Positions 1 through 12,102 of a stretch of DNA of 64,000 nucleotides are shown here, in pieces. The DNA is from Mobula hypostoma (Eukaryota). How positions within the stretch are numbered: position 1 is the stretch's first letter; every line of letters starts with the position of its first letter. Position numbers and translations under genes: made by a program. Where the stretch lies: NCBI RefSeq assembly GCF_963921235.1, contig NC_086097.1:218428001-218492000 (forward strand), written 5' to 3'. The notes under the pieces are model-generated. The model was not told the origin of the DNA. It was given only the letters and a program-made list of their open reading frames with translations, and searched no databases.

Positions 1-280
1 AAAACAACATGACTTTGAGCCAGTAAAACAAAAATCCCGAAGAAGGTATAAAAAACGTCTACGACGTCTTTCTACTAACTTAAGACAGTATCAAAATACT
101 GAATCATATTGCCGCAACAATAACTTCATAATGTTTAAATTACAAAAACCATTTTTTATTTCCATCTACCTGACACATATACTTTCATAATGCACATCAG
201 AAAATTTCTACCAATGGATAATTCAATAAAATGAAGACAGCTGAACAATTTTAGCTGCATAATTGGACAGTAACACTTAC

Positions 281-390
281 CCTTCGTACTGATTATTATA
301 AAGAAAGGCTTGTACGACGCCTCGACAATTCAGGAAATTCACAGCAGCGAATATTAAAGCAGCTGCAATAATGCGTACACTCCCCTCCAT
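281..390 (-). CDS. CPA6: Carboxypeptidase A6, coding exon 1 (signal peptide and start of pro-domain); gene continues leftwards out of the window
   Basis: Hand translation gives MEGSVRIIAAALIFAAVNFLNCRGVVQAFLYNNQYEG, followed by a GTAAGT donor (280-275, phase 2). A hydrophobic signal peptide precedes LYNNQYEG, which matches human CPA6 LYNNRYAG at the same exon end. There is an in-frame TAG 12 codons upstream. Divergent arrangement with PREX2 is as in human. Confidence 0.9.
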
Positions 391-554
391 GTAGATGGTA
401 AAAAGTATTTTAAAAATAAGTATCTAATATTTAATTTGCACCAGAAATCTCTCCCCCTTGAATGCTTAATATTTGGCAATAAAACAAATCTGCATTGGCA
501 AAAAGCAAAGCGTCAGAAAAACTTCCTCGGCAAAGCAAGTGTATTCAATCTGGC

Positions 555-680
555 AGGGGAGTGTGGAGGTCCGGGTGTATTCGCAATCCGGTAGCTCCCG
601 CTCGCCGGCAAGGCCGGGCACGTGACCCCGGGATGTCGCTGTTCGCAACCAGGACCCCAGCACGGAGACCGTAAGTTGAG
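555..680. promoter_or_regulatory. CpG-rich patch, candidate CPA6 promoter/5'UTR
   Basis: Locally high GC and CpG density (ccgggtgtattcgc...ctcgccggcaaggccgggcacgtgaccccggg), with a CACGTG E-box, 170-290 bp upstream of the CPA6 ATG in otherwise AT-rich DNA. Confidence 0.5.
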
Positions 681-690
681 GGTTACAGAA

Positions 691-1223
691 GTATACCACT
701 TTGGATACCATTGGGGGAATGACCTTTTGGGGGAGTCGCAGTGACCGGGTCTCTGGCACTAAAAAAGAAGTGAAGAGACCCTAGGCTAGATGGTGCGGAC
801 CCGCCCACTTCGTGGCTTCATCGTTTGTAAAAGGAGACAATGACTTAGTTACCTTTTTTCGAATGACAATCATTCACCTGAAAGGATTTTGAGCAACTTT
901 TTTTCTGTTTTTGAATAACTGTAAATAGAGTTGTATTTCTGGTTCGCCAGTTGCTCAGGGCGCCTGCTATATAAGGCGAGTTCCGGTAGTTCTGCCTCAG
1001 TATTTGCAAAGGCAATAAAGATGATGTTGCTAATCATGTAATGTGTGATCTGTATATCATTGACTTCTACGAATACATGTCATTATTTTTGTTGAAAACT
1101 ATATGGCTTCTACGGGAGAGTGGCACTGAGCATGGGTCTGTGGAGCAGAAGGAGAGGGGGAGAAGAGGGGAGCGGTAGTGATAGGGGACTCAATAGTCTG
1201 AGGAACAGACAGGAGATTCTGTG
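691..1223 (+). mobile_element. CR1 ORF1 fragment, split by a ~360-bp insert (761-1120)
   Basis: 691-760 and 1121-1223 align consecutively to the ORF1 region of the CR1 at ~60100-60275, including the GDS esterase motif. TGGCACT is duplicated at 754-760 and 1121-1127. Confidence 0.6.
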
Positions 1224-2190
1224 CCCATTCTCCTAATCTGTCTAAGTCCTTCTCTAGCCTCTTTATTTCCTCAAAACTACCTGCCCCTCCACCTATCTTC
1301 CTATCGTCTGCAAACTTTGCAACAAAGCCATCAATTCCATCATCCAAATCATTGACATATAGTGTAAAAAGAATTGGTTCCAATCCCTGTGAAACACCAC
1401 TAGTCACTGGCAGCCAGCCACAAAAGGCTCCCTTTCTTCCCAATTTTTGCCTTCTGGCAATCAGCCACTGCTCTATCCATGCTGGAATCTTTCCTGTAAT
1501 ACCATGGGCTTGTAGCTTGAAAAGCAGCCTCATAGGTGGCACCTTGTCGAAGGCTTTCTGAACACAACATCAACCGATTCTCCTTTGTCTATCTTGCTTG
1601 TTATTTCTTCAAAGACTTCCAACAGATTTGTTGGGCAATATTTTCCCTTGAAGAAACCATGCTGACCACGGCCTATTGTATCGTGTGCTTCCAAGTACCC
1701 TGTGACTTAATAATCAACTCCCAACATCTTCCCAACCACCCAGGTCAGACTAACTGGCCTACAGTTTCCTTCCTTCTGTCTCTCTCCGTTCTTGAAGAGT
1801 AGAGTGACATTTGCAATTTTCCAGTGTCTTCCAGAACTATTCCAGAATCTAGGCATCCTTGAAAGATTATTACTAATGCCTCCATAATCTCTTCAGCCAT
1901 TTCTTTCAGAACTCTGGAGTGTGTGCCGTTTGGTTCAGGTGATTTATCTACCTTCAGACCTTTTAGTTTCCCACGACCCTTCTCTGTAGTAATGGCATCT
2001 TCACACACTTCATGCCCCTGATACCTGGTGCTAGTGTCTTCCACAGTGAATACCTATTCAGTTCATCCGCCATTTAGTTGTCCCCCCATTACTACCTCTC
2101 CAGCATCATTTTCTAGCAGTCTGATAGGCACTCTTGCCTCTCTTTTACACTTTATGTATCTGAGGAAACTTCTGTTATCTCTAAATATAG
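1224..2190 (-). mobile_element. CR1 LINE ORF2 (RT) fragment, degenerate
   Basis: ORF pieces KSPEPNGTHSRVLKE, VTSGVSQG and FVAKFADD. Same family as 41420-43000. Confidence 0.9.
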
Positions 2191-3999
2191 CTATGGAATC
2201 TTGGAATTTTGCCTCACCTTAACTGGGAAATCCAGTTTCTCAATATAAAGCCTATGTATATTAGCTGGCTTCTGTTTATAACACAGAGGGAATATGTCCA
2301 AGATGAAGAATATTTTAAGGTAGTTTTTCACTTTGGCACTCTGGTGTGACATTAACTCTGGAAGGAAAATAACAGCTTGTGCCTGTGCACATTTTAAATA
2401 AGAATGTGTCGTAGGACAGAGTGTCCTCGGAATGTAAATGTGCAAAGTTTAGTTATTTTGCTATCAGGTTAGCAAAATTCATATGTTCTGGTGAGGTTTG
2501 TGTTTTGATGACTTGGATCAAGTATTTGCAATCTGTAAATCAACAAAGTTGTGTTTCATTCTACATTGTATTTCTCCTTGCAGATTTAGAGGGGCTTTCA
2601 GGAACACATTTGGTTTTCCAGAAATTGGAGTATACCATTGTTTACAGTGATATCCACAGGAATGTATTTTGCATCAGTCGTTTTAAGCTAAAGTCTTTCA
2701 TGTTATGAACCAAGCTGGCTTTTCTGAATGCAGCTGTGTTCTGGAAATTTCTCTGCCAGTGACTTCTCATCCAATTTGGTCAGATTATACTTCATGCAGC
2801 TGGCACTAAACTGTGAGTGGGCTGAAGAAACAAGAGCCTTCATACTGAAAATTCTAATATCTTCAGAAGCAATAAGTAAAATAAACATTGAAAATGCTGG
2901 AGCTAATTCATAGATCAAGCAGCATCAGTAGGGGAATATCTATGTTTGTTCATTTCCGGCCGTTTTAATATCCTGACCTTCTTGAACTACAATGATGTAC
3001 GTGCCCTCATCTATCAACCCCCAGACTTCGGTATTCGTTGCTTAAACGTCTTGTTTGTTAAAACACACTAAAGCTTGCTGTTCATTCCATGTTTAGCACT
3101 GCCAAACTTTGACTTGGCCTCTGTGTACTGTCCACATTTTGCTGTGTTAAACACACTTTGTAAATATGACTTCGAGAAGCAAAGTAAACTTTACGGGTAT
3201 CCAGTTTTCAGGAAAAGTTAGAGAAGTACAAGGATTTAAGTGTAGAATTGTGGAAGGATGAGAGGAGACGAAACAATAAAAGAGGAACACTATGATAGGG
3301 CGAAAGAAAGGAATGAAGGTCCAAGGAGCATTGGAAACATTAGGAGGCCTCTGAATGTCTTCAAATGATTGCTTTGCAAATCACAGTATCACGTGTAACA
3401 GTCCCTTCGTAATGTGTAAGTGAGAGAAAATTGTGTAATTCTTGGTGGAACAATTGTTTAAGGTGATGGTAATGGTTGTGAAGGTATGTTGAGGCAGATG
3501 GGAGAGGGGGAAGTTAAGGACAAGGAGGTTTGTTTAGTGGTTCTAGGAAGGAGGGTGAATGTAAGGGATAATTTTGAATAATGCTATGGACATGATTGAA
3601 GACTTAATCAATATTCACTCTAATCCTGCATGAAATTTAATGCAGTTGATGTACAATTGGCTCCTGAAATGGCTGAGCAAGCCACTCGATGGTATAAATG
3701 AATATGTCAAAAAATATACTTATTGAGAACAAAATCAGGACTTGGCAAAGGTATGTACATCCATGTCCAAAAACATAATGGAAGCCCTTCTCTTCATGTG
3801 GGCTCTGAGGTTTATGTAATGAGCTCCAATTATCACTTGGGTTCCATCTTCTGCATTCTTATCTCATTAAAAACCCTGCAAGGAATTCTCACTCCGAGCA
3901 CCTTGAGTTTTTGAACCGGGCTTTCACCTTAATAGTACTCAACCATCTGTGCTGATACCGGCTGGACTGTTCACTGAGATCTTTATTTTTATCACTTCG

Positions 4000-5170
4000 G
4001 CAGTCTGAAATACCCGCCTGCTTTAAGTAGGCTTCACGTATACCAGCGTCCAAGAAGACATGGTAACCTCCCTCAATGACTATCATCTAGTAACACTGAT
4101 ATCCACATCGATGAAGTGATTTGAGAGGTTAATGAGGAAACATGTCAACTCTTGCCTGAGAAGCGACTTGGATCCAGTCCAGTTTGCCTACGAGCAACAG
4201 ATCCATAGCAGAATCTATCTCATTAGCTCTTCACTCAACCCTGGAACATCTGGACAGCAAAGATGCATACATCAGGATGCTGTTTATCGACCAAAGCTTG
4301 GCATTCAATACCATCATCTCTTCAAAACTGATCAACAATCTTCAAGGTCTCGGCCTCAATACCACCTTGTGCAATTGGAAGTCAGCTGGATTGGCAACAA
4401 CATCTCCTGCACAATCACCATCAGCACAGGTGCACCGTAAGGTTGTGTGCTTAGCCCCCTGCTCCACTTGCTTTACACTTCTGTGAGGCTAGTCACAGCT
4501 CCAATATCATATCCAAGTTTGCTGTTGACACCACTGTCGTAGACTGAATAAAAGGTAGTGACGAATCAGCATGTAGGAGGGAGACTGAAAATCTGGTTGA
4601 GTAGTGCTACAATTACAACCACTTACTAAATGTCCAAGGAGCTGCAGGAGGAGGAAACCAGAGGTCCATTAGCCAGTCCTCAGAGGATCAGAGGTGGAGG
4701 GCCAGGTGTTGTCATTTTGGAGGATCTGTCCTGGGCCCATACATAAGTGCAATTGTGAAAAAGTACGGCAGTGCCTCTACTTCCTTAGGAGTTTGTGAAG
4801 ATTTGGCATGACATCTAAAACTTTGACAAACTTCTATAGATGTTTGGTGGAGAGTATATTGATTGGTTGCATCACAGCCTGGTATAGAAATACCAATGCC
4901 CTTGAAAGGAAAATCCTACAAGAAGTAGTGTATGTGGCCCAGACCACAATGAATAAAGCCCTTTCCACCATTGAGCACATCTATATAGAGCATTGTCGCA
5001 GGAAAGCAGCACCCTTCAACAGTGACCCCTACCACCTCAGTCATGCTCTCTTCTCACTGCTGCCATCAGAAAGAAGGTGCAGGAACCTGAGGACCCACAC
5101 CACCAGGTTCAGGAATAGTTATTACCCCTCAACCATCAGGCTCTTGAACCAAAGGGGATAACGTCACTCA
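4000..5170 (+). mobile_element. Rex1/Babar LINE, 5'-truncated, degenerate
   Basis: [27 protein letters not shown], and C-terminal NFYRCLVESIL...TTRFRNSYYPSTIRLLN. Confidence 0.88.
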
Positions 5171-5175
5171 ACTTC

Positions 5176-5395
5176 TGTCAAGGTGTGCGCTGACAGACGA
5201 CTGAACCCAGGTGTGGAGGAACGGCAGACTCCCATGTCGAGACAGAAGGAAGGATTTATTCTTAGGAATTCCCACTGAACATCGGTGGCTTGACCAAGTG
5301 ACGCCGTGAGACAATCCATTCTTGAAACACACTAGGTTCCCACGATCTGTGCTAATTTAGGAGTCCACTTTAAGTAAGTGCCGTCTGCTGATTGT
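5176..5395 (-). mobile_element. Possible LTR fragment (Gypsy-like)
   Basis: Begins TGTCA, with TTTATT (minus-strand poly(A) signal) and a TTTAAGTA TATA-like box in LTR-like order. The far end and TSD were not found. Confidence 0.25.
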
Positions 5396-6922
5396 GGACT
5401 ACAGGAGGGGGCAGTCGAGGGGACACACACCAGTCCTCGTCGAGGGATCAGAAGTGGAAAGGGGGAGCAGTTTCAGGTTTCTGGGTGTCAACATCTCTGA
5501 GGATCTATCCTGGGCCCAACAGATTGATGCAATTACAACGAAGGCACAACAATAGCTAATAATTCAGTAGGAGTCTGAGAAAAATAGGTGTGTCACCAAA
5601 GACACTCAATAATTTCTACAGATGTACTGTGGAGAACACTCTGTTTGCATCACCTTCTGGTATGGATGGGCACAGGATCAAAAAGAGCTGCAAAATATTG
5701 TAAGGTCTGCCAGCTCCATCATGGGCACTAGCTTCATGGACACCTTCAAAAGGCGATGCCTCAGAAAGGTGGTATCCACCGTTAAGGACACTCGTCACAC
5801 AGGATATGCCCTCTTAACATTGCTATCACCAAAGATTCAAGAATTCAAAGTATTTATTATCTGAGTACTGCATGCATGCAGTATATAACCCTGAGATTCA
5901 TCTTCCCACAAGACAGGCATGAAACAAAGAAGGAAGATGAAACCTGTTCGAGGAAAATATCAATCCCCCAACATGCAGAAGAAAAGAACAAATCCCACAA
6001 ATGGTAAAAAATGAGCGGAAAAACACAGGATATAAAACATCAAATCACAAACTCATTGAAACCATCTGGGAATGTTCAGTTTAGTTCAATTCAACTTTGT
6101 GCTGTGCCATTCGTTGCCTGAAGGGCACAGAGCCAGTCAACCCTGATCAAGATCATACAAAATGGCAATTGAAAACGGGGTAGTCAGAAACACATCATGA
6201 TATGAACTACAGGCTCCAATCCATCATTTAAACCTTGCCCAAGGACCAAGACTCTGGCACCATTCTCTGGCATCGAGTTAGAGGAAGAGAAGGACCACTT
6301 GAAAGCTTGCACGTTCCTCTGGCAATGGCGAGCGAGACTGGTCAAACAGAGGTAGACGATGCTGAACACCCGCTCGCCTTCCACTCTCAATCTTCCTCGA
6401 TGCTCTAATTGGTGAGATCAGCAAGAAATGGAGTCGATCACGGGTTCTAGGCCCGCACACTTCGTTCGAAACCTCACCAAGCTTCCTCAGAGAGACAGCA
6501 AATCGCCAGACCACTCAATCAGCCTGAAAACACGCCATAAAAATATAAATCACAAAATCTAATAGTATCAGAATCATATTTGAAAGGAGTAAAAGACATA
6601 GAGAACTGTCTGAAGGATATTACCTTTGGCCATGTTGTTCGCTGGTGCCATCTTCTTCAAGGAGGTGATACAGGAGCCTGAAGATACACACTCAAATGTT
6701 TTAGGAACAACCTTTTCTCCTCCGTTGTCAGATTTCTGAATGGATAATGAACCTACGGACACAACTGCTGTTTTTTACCTCTCTTTTTGCACTAAATATT
6801 TATTTCTTAAATATATACTTATTGTAATCTATAGTTTTTATTCGTATTATACTGTACTGCTGCCACAGAACATCAAATTTCATGACACATGCCAGTGATA
6901 TTTAAGCCTGATTCTGATTCTG
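5395..6922 (+). mobile_element. Rex1/Babar 3' fragment with (GATTCT)n tail, interrupted at 5833-6657
   Basis: Reads ...SFRFLGVNISEDLSW...YALLTLLSP, resumes at 6661 (ggaggtgatacaggagcctgaag) and ends aagcctgattctgattctg. Confidence 0.8.
5833..6657 (-). mobile_element. Non-autonomous LINE-derived element (AAGATGGC 5' end, Rex1-type 3' tail)
   Basis: Inserted into the Rex1 copy. The minus strand starts aagaagatggcacc and ends ...ataataaatactttgaattcttgaatc. No recognisable coding sequence. Confidence 0.6.
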
Positions 6923-6924
6923 GC

Positions 6925-7470
6925 CATATTATTAGGTATACCCTATAACCAATAAAGTCGTCACTGAATGTATGTTTGTGGATTTCTGCTGCTGTAACTC
7001 ATTCACTTCAAGAATTTAATGCGTTGTGAAATCGGGGATGCTCTTCTGCACATCATTGTATTAAAGTGTGGTTTTCTGAGTTACTGTCGCCTTCCTGTCA
7101 GCCTGAACCAGTCTGATTGTTCTCCTCTGACCTCTCCGATTAACAGGGCGATTTCAGTCATGGAACAGCTGCTCATTGGATGCTTTTTGTTTTTCACACC
7201 ATTCTCTGTAAACACTAGAGACTGTTGTGTGTGAAAATCGCAAGAGAGCAGTAATTTCTGAGAGACTCACACCACCCTATCTGGCACCAACAATCGTTCC
7301 ACAGTCAAAGTCACTTAGATCACATTTCTTCCCCCATTCTTCTGTTTGTCTGAACAACAACTGAGCCTTTTGACCAGGTCTGCATGCTTTTATGCAGTGA
7401 GTTGCTGCCACTTGATTGACTGATTAAATATTTGCATTAATGAGCAGGTGTACCGGTGTTCCTAACAAAA
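6925..7470. mobile_element. Tc1-like non-autonomous DNA element (degenerate)
   Basis: Recalled terminal motifs attaggtatacc..aataaagtcgtcactga and gagcaggtgtaccggtgttcctaacaaaa. TIRs are degenerate. Confidence 0.55.
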
Positions 7471-7796
7471 TTACAAGAAAGAACATTTATTTCACATTGC
7501 TCTGCAATGAGAGATTCTTTTCTTAATTAAATACATTCTTAATTAAATCCAAATTCCAACATACTGTTCAGTTTTGATTTGTATTTGTTAGAACCTTTTA
7601 CCTCTACAAGAATAAAACCAGAGGAAGCAGATGAACTGAAATGCTATTTCATTTTCAACCTGAAATATTGAATCTGTTAATCTTTTCACAGATGCTGCCT
7701 GGTGTGCTGACTGTTTCCAGCAGCTTGAATTTTGATTAAAGGTTGGGGCCAGTTTTAACCCCAATGTAGAAATGAAGTTGGTGTAATACCTGCATG

Positions 7797-7960
7797 TGGC
7801 CAGTTGGTGGTGTAGTGGCATCCACACCAGACTGCGAGGCGTGTACTCCCGAGTTCGAATCTGGCCGGCTTCTTGCATGCTTTCCATCTGTGCTGGGTTG
7901 AGCGTTGAGCGAGCAACTTGGCCTCATTTAAAACAAAAAGTAGCCAAATGCTATAAAGAA
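7797..7960 (+). mobile_element. tRNA-derived SINE (same family as 57655-57900)
   Basis: Box A tggtgtagtgg and box B gagttcgaatc. The body tttccatctgtgctgggttgagc..gag..gcaact is shared with the 57655 copy. Confidence 0.75.
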
Positions 7961-8751
7961 ATGGCAAGGTTGCAGGTACCAACAAATACCTGCATGCATC
8001 TTTACACTTGCATGGTGCCTAGTGACATCTTAACTGAGGGTAAGGACTGAAAAGGGCACACTTTAATAAATAAAAACACTTTAATCTGCCATTCTGTCAT
8101 GACAGACACTGCTTTGAACAAGCTGTTCTGGTCTGTTGTCAAGCTTGCAAAGATATAGTATATCAGTTTTGATTGAATGTGACTGTCTTGGAAGAATTCT
8201 CAGAACCACTCTGTATCTGCCTGATTCCAGGCTGCAACAGTGACCAGTACTAATGTCTACTCTTACATCAAATTCATGTGCACCAACACTATTATTATCT
8301 TACCCAGAGAAAATATGATCGACAATGAACTTTTCCAGAATAAAGCACTTCAGTTCTCCAAGGGTTTATTAATTCTCTTTGTGTTACTATTATAGCAGCT
8401 TCTCTCGGCTGACAAATTTCCTATGAATAGGAAATGCTTTCAGTCTCTCAAGGTTTCGTGATTATTCCATTGGAATTATGCAGCTGTTTGTGTGCACTTT
8501 GCAAAGTTCTGTGATGGAAACATACACCACTGGTTTTTCAGCAGCAGCAGTACAAGTAGATGACTGACAGTAAGGTGCAGCTTCCAGACGTGGTTAAATG
8601 CCTTTATGCATCATTTTCAATGTCTCATAAAACAGTACAACAGCTAGACTCTAGATTTGAAGCAGTATCCATATTGTGATTAGGAGCTTACATTGTCTAT
8701 ATGTACAAATTCCTATCATTGCCAAGTTAACTGATGGCATTGCCCACTTTC

Positions 8752-9331
8752 TTATCAAAGTTCAAATTACTTATGATCAAAGTACATATAATTCATCATA
8801 TACAACTGTGAGATTCATTTTCTTGCAGATATTCACAGTAAGTACAAAAAACACAATAGAATGAAAGACTGCAACTGACAGGATGAACAGCCAATGTGCA
8901 AATGACAGCAAACTGCACAAATACAAAAAGAAAGGAAAAAAGAAAAAAATAATAATTAGAAATAAGAAATAAATTCAAACAGCATCAAATGAAGAGTCCT
9001 TGAGAGTGAGTCCATAGTGAGTCCCTTTTCTCACTGTTACCATCAGGTAGAAGATACAGAAGCCTGAAGGCACACACTCAGTGATTCAGGAACAGCTCCT
9101 TCCCCTCCGCCATCCGATTCCTAAATGGACCTTGAACCCTTGGACACTACCTCACTCTTTAAAAAAATATACAGTATTTCTGTTTTTACACGTTTTTAAA
9201 ATCTATTCAATACTGTAATTTTTTAAATTTATTATTTTTTTTTTCTCTTCTATATTATGTATTGCATTGAACTGCTGCTGCTAAGTTAACAAATGTCACG
9301 TCACATGCCAGTGATAATAAACCTGATTCTG
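8752..9331. mobile_element. Two Rex1-type 3' ends: minus (8752-9020) and plus (9021-9331)
   Basis: The minus part matches the tail family at 57160 and 59555. The plus part (ttctcactgttaccatcaggtagaagatacagaagcctgaagg...aataaacctgattctga) matches 16785-17057. Confidence 0.75.
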
Positions 9332-10607
9332 ACCGATGTTCTGAAGTAGCATTAACCCTGCCATTTGAGGGAGCTCTCCAAAACAAGCCATGCTGAATTT
9401 CCCAGGTCGAGGTGGTACTATCATGCTGCAAAATGTTATTGCCTATAAGGATTGAGCAATTCCTAAATGGGAGAGGACAAATATCAATTGCAAGCTCTGA
9501 AGACTACGCGACCCAATAGCACTCACTTGAGGGTGAGGAAGATGCTTGTGTGAGGAATTTACTACAAACTAATGGAGGTAAGGTAATGTGGCCCAAGTGA
9601 TAGAGTGCATATTTTTGTAGCCTTTGGATAATAATGTGATAAGACCACAGTGACACTTTCAACAATATCCTTGTTTACCAGAATGTCCAAGGTATCCTGT
9701 TCTCTGGAATAAGAACTGGTGATAGATAGTTCTTCTCCTCTCAGTTACTCCAATCAATTTTATTCAGAAGAAAGAAGGGCAGCATTTTACCTTGCAAAGC
9801 ATATTTCTTCTTTTTCTTCTTAAGCCCATCACCCCTACTTGAGTATAGGCTGCTGCACAGAGTCCATTGTCTTGGGCCAGTCTTTCAAGTCATCCCCAGT
9901 GTAGCCTATCTTCTTGGTGCATCCTTCCACTCCCAGGGATGGGGTCTTCGGAGCCTTTGTTGGCATTTCTGTACTTCTGGGTTTTAATAGGGTGGGGTTG
10001 CTTGCCTCATGCCTAACCCTCTTCCATTTGCAGCCGGCATTAGGACCGTCCATGGCGGAGTTGAAGCACATTTATGTGTCCAAAATCGATATGCTACAGG
10101 TGCTTGGTGTGCTGTGAGCAGAGCTTTCAGTGGTATGGATGATGGCAGGACTATAGGAATGGTACTTATGCGTTAAAGTAAGCTCAGCCAATTAAAGGAA
10201 CAGTGAGCGTAAGTGGTAGACAATTAAATTGGTTGAACACTTAATGTCAACTTCTTTTGAGTCCGTAACTGGGATGGAAGCAAGAATAATTGTGATAATT
10301 TGCGTAGTTTCTTCTTAAGGCTGTCATAGCCAGGGGGAGGCGTGGGGAAGGGTGGGTGATAGTGGGGATAAGTGTGTGCCTCAGATAGCCTCTGACAACC
10401 AAGTTCAGCTCCTGAGCTCCTCGACTTCACATGTGGTTTAGCTACCAAGCCTAGTAGAACTGTCTTTACTGGCAAGAGAAGGGGCACAGGTGAGTTACTG
10501 GTACCTTAAAGCTGGTTGCACCAGGCAGCTGGAGCTCCTCAGCTGTGGTTGGCAGCTCATCTAGGAGAAGGAGAACTTTTTGAACTCAAACCTCCATTGC
10601 CTTGTGG

Positions 10608-11477
10608 AAGAGGGATCATATTACTTCTATCCTGGTCTCTCTCCACTGGCTACCAGTATAGTTTAGAATTGATTTTAATGTTTTCCTGTTTGTTTATTAA
10701 GCCCTAAATGGGCTGGCCCCCTCCTATATCACAGACCTTCTAACCCCTTGTTGTGGGCACGTGGTCAAGTGGTTAAGGCATTGAACTAGCGACCTGAAGG
10801 TCGTGAGTTTGAGCCCCACCCGAGGGAACGTGTTGTGTCCTTGAGCAAGGCACTTAATCACACATTGCTCTGCGACGACACTGGTGCCAAGCTGCATGGG
10901 TCCTAATGCCCTTCCCTTGGACAACATTGGTGTTGTGGAGAGGGGAGACTTGCAGCATTGGCAACTGCTGGTCTTCCGTACAACCTTGCCCAGGCCTGCG
11001 CCCTGGAGAGTGAAGTCTTTCCGGGCGCAGATCCATGGTCTCGCAAGACTAACGGATGCCTTTTACTAACCCCTTATTCTACTTTCAGGTCCCTCAGGTG
11101 GGCTGACCTGGGGCTCCTGGCTGTCCCGCGATCTAAATTTAAGTTCAGGGGTGACTGCGTCTTTGCTGATGTAGCAGCCCCTAGACTGTGGAACAGTATT
11201 CCCCACCCTATCAGATCTGTCTCCTCCATTGACTCCTTTAAGTCCAGGCTCAAAACTTAACTTTATTCACTAACGTTTCAATCTTCCTGATGTGGCTGAT
11301 TTTTTGGCTTGTGCCTAGGCTTATGTGTTGTTTATTTTGTGCCTATAAGTGTGTGCCTTGTTGTTTATATCTGTGTTTTTTGTATTTGTGATTTTAGCTA
11401 CCTGTTATGGATTGCACTTTGGTCAACATGGGTTGACCTTAAATGTGCTTTATAAATAAATTTGACTTGACTTGACT
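10608..11477 (+). mobile_element. L2-clade LINE 3' end with (GACTT)n tail, interrupted by a SINE
   Basis: Encodes HITSILVSLHWLP..RIDF..ALNGLAPSYITDLL, then RSLRWADLGLLAVPR..APRLWNSIP..IDSFKSRLKT. Ends aataaatttgacttgacttgact. Confidence 0.85.
10750..11065 (+). mobile_element. tRNA-derived SINE, tail type 1, 10-bp TSD
   Basis: Box A tggtcaagtgg, box B gagtttgagcc, CORE-like gtgtccttgagcaaggcacttaa. TSD CTAACCCCTT at 10740-10749 and 11066-11075. Confidence 0.9.
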
Positions 11478-11844
11478 CACTCATGGGGAAGGTTTCGGGA
11501 GCAAACTCCAAGGAAAAATCTGGTGCTGGAGTCCCTAAGACAGTTCTACATTGAGTTGTACACTAACTGGCAACTCCTGAGACACTGCTGGTGCCCTGGC
11601 TTGTATCAGCTTTAACGAGGATGCACCACCCCTAGTTGACCCAACCAGCAGATACCCATACATATCTCTATTAATGCCTGTGATTTGATTAGTTAGGATA
11701 TGAGGAAGACACCATTACACACCCATGCTGGTTCCAACAAAACTGTGGGTCAGGTTTGCAATTTGAGGCATCTTTGTTCCGTTAAGGTCCTTTTTTTCTT
11801 TCCATATTCAACAGAAAATGTTAAGCATATTCTTGTTTTAAACT

Positions 11845-12030
11845 CAGCAGTTCAGGCACCATTTATGGAAAGGAACAAAGTCAATGTTTTGGGCCAAGAC
11901 ACTTCATCAGGCCTGAAATGTTAACTGTTTCTTTCTCTCCATTGATTCTGCCTGATCTGCTGAGTTCCTGCAGCACTTTGCGTGTGTTATTTTGGAGTTC
12001 CAGCATCTGCAGAATTTCTTGTGTTCATGT
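11845..12030. mobile_element. Inverted pair of Penelope-derived terminal repeats with degenerate hammerhead motif
   Basis: Minus-strand CTGATGA(11910-11904)agtgtcttggcccAAAAC abuts plus-strand cctgaaatgttaactg...ctgcctgatctgctgagttcctgcagc. Confidence 0.6.
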
Positions 12031-12102
12031 TTAAAATTTGTTTTGAGAGAGATTTTTCTTTATACAGAAGGAAAGCTGCTCATTTATGTCCTAAAATATG
12101 AA

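Larger units (their letters stand above)
10322..11596 (+). mobile_element. Non-coding interspersed repeat (possibly RTE 5'UTR-derived), interrupted by L2+SINE
   Basis: The sequence ending ...aaacctccattgccttgtgg (10607) appears to resume at ~11478 (cactcatggggaaggtttcgggagcaaac...). Family assignment is from memory only. Confidence 0.45.

Noticed and set aside
666..676. Plus-strand GTAAGT donor-like site in the CPA6 CpG patch
   Set aside because: The exon-side context (ACC) is poor and there is no acceptor or transcript evidence.
10755..10825. tRNA-like sequences (also 7797, 16025, 40091, 54580, 57655)
   Set aside because: They are SINE heads with A/B boxes, continuing into SINE bodies and, in several cases, flanked by TSDs. 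No complete cloverleaf is evident.
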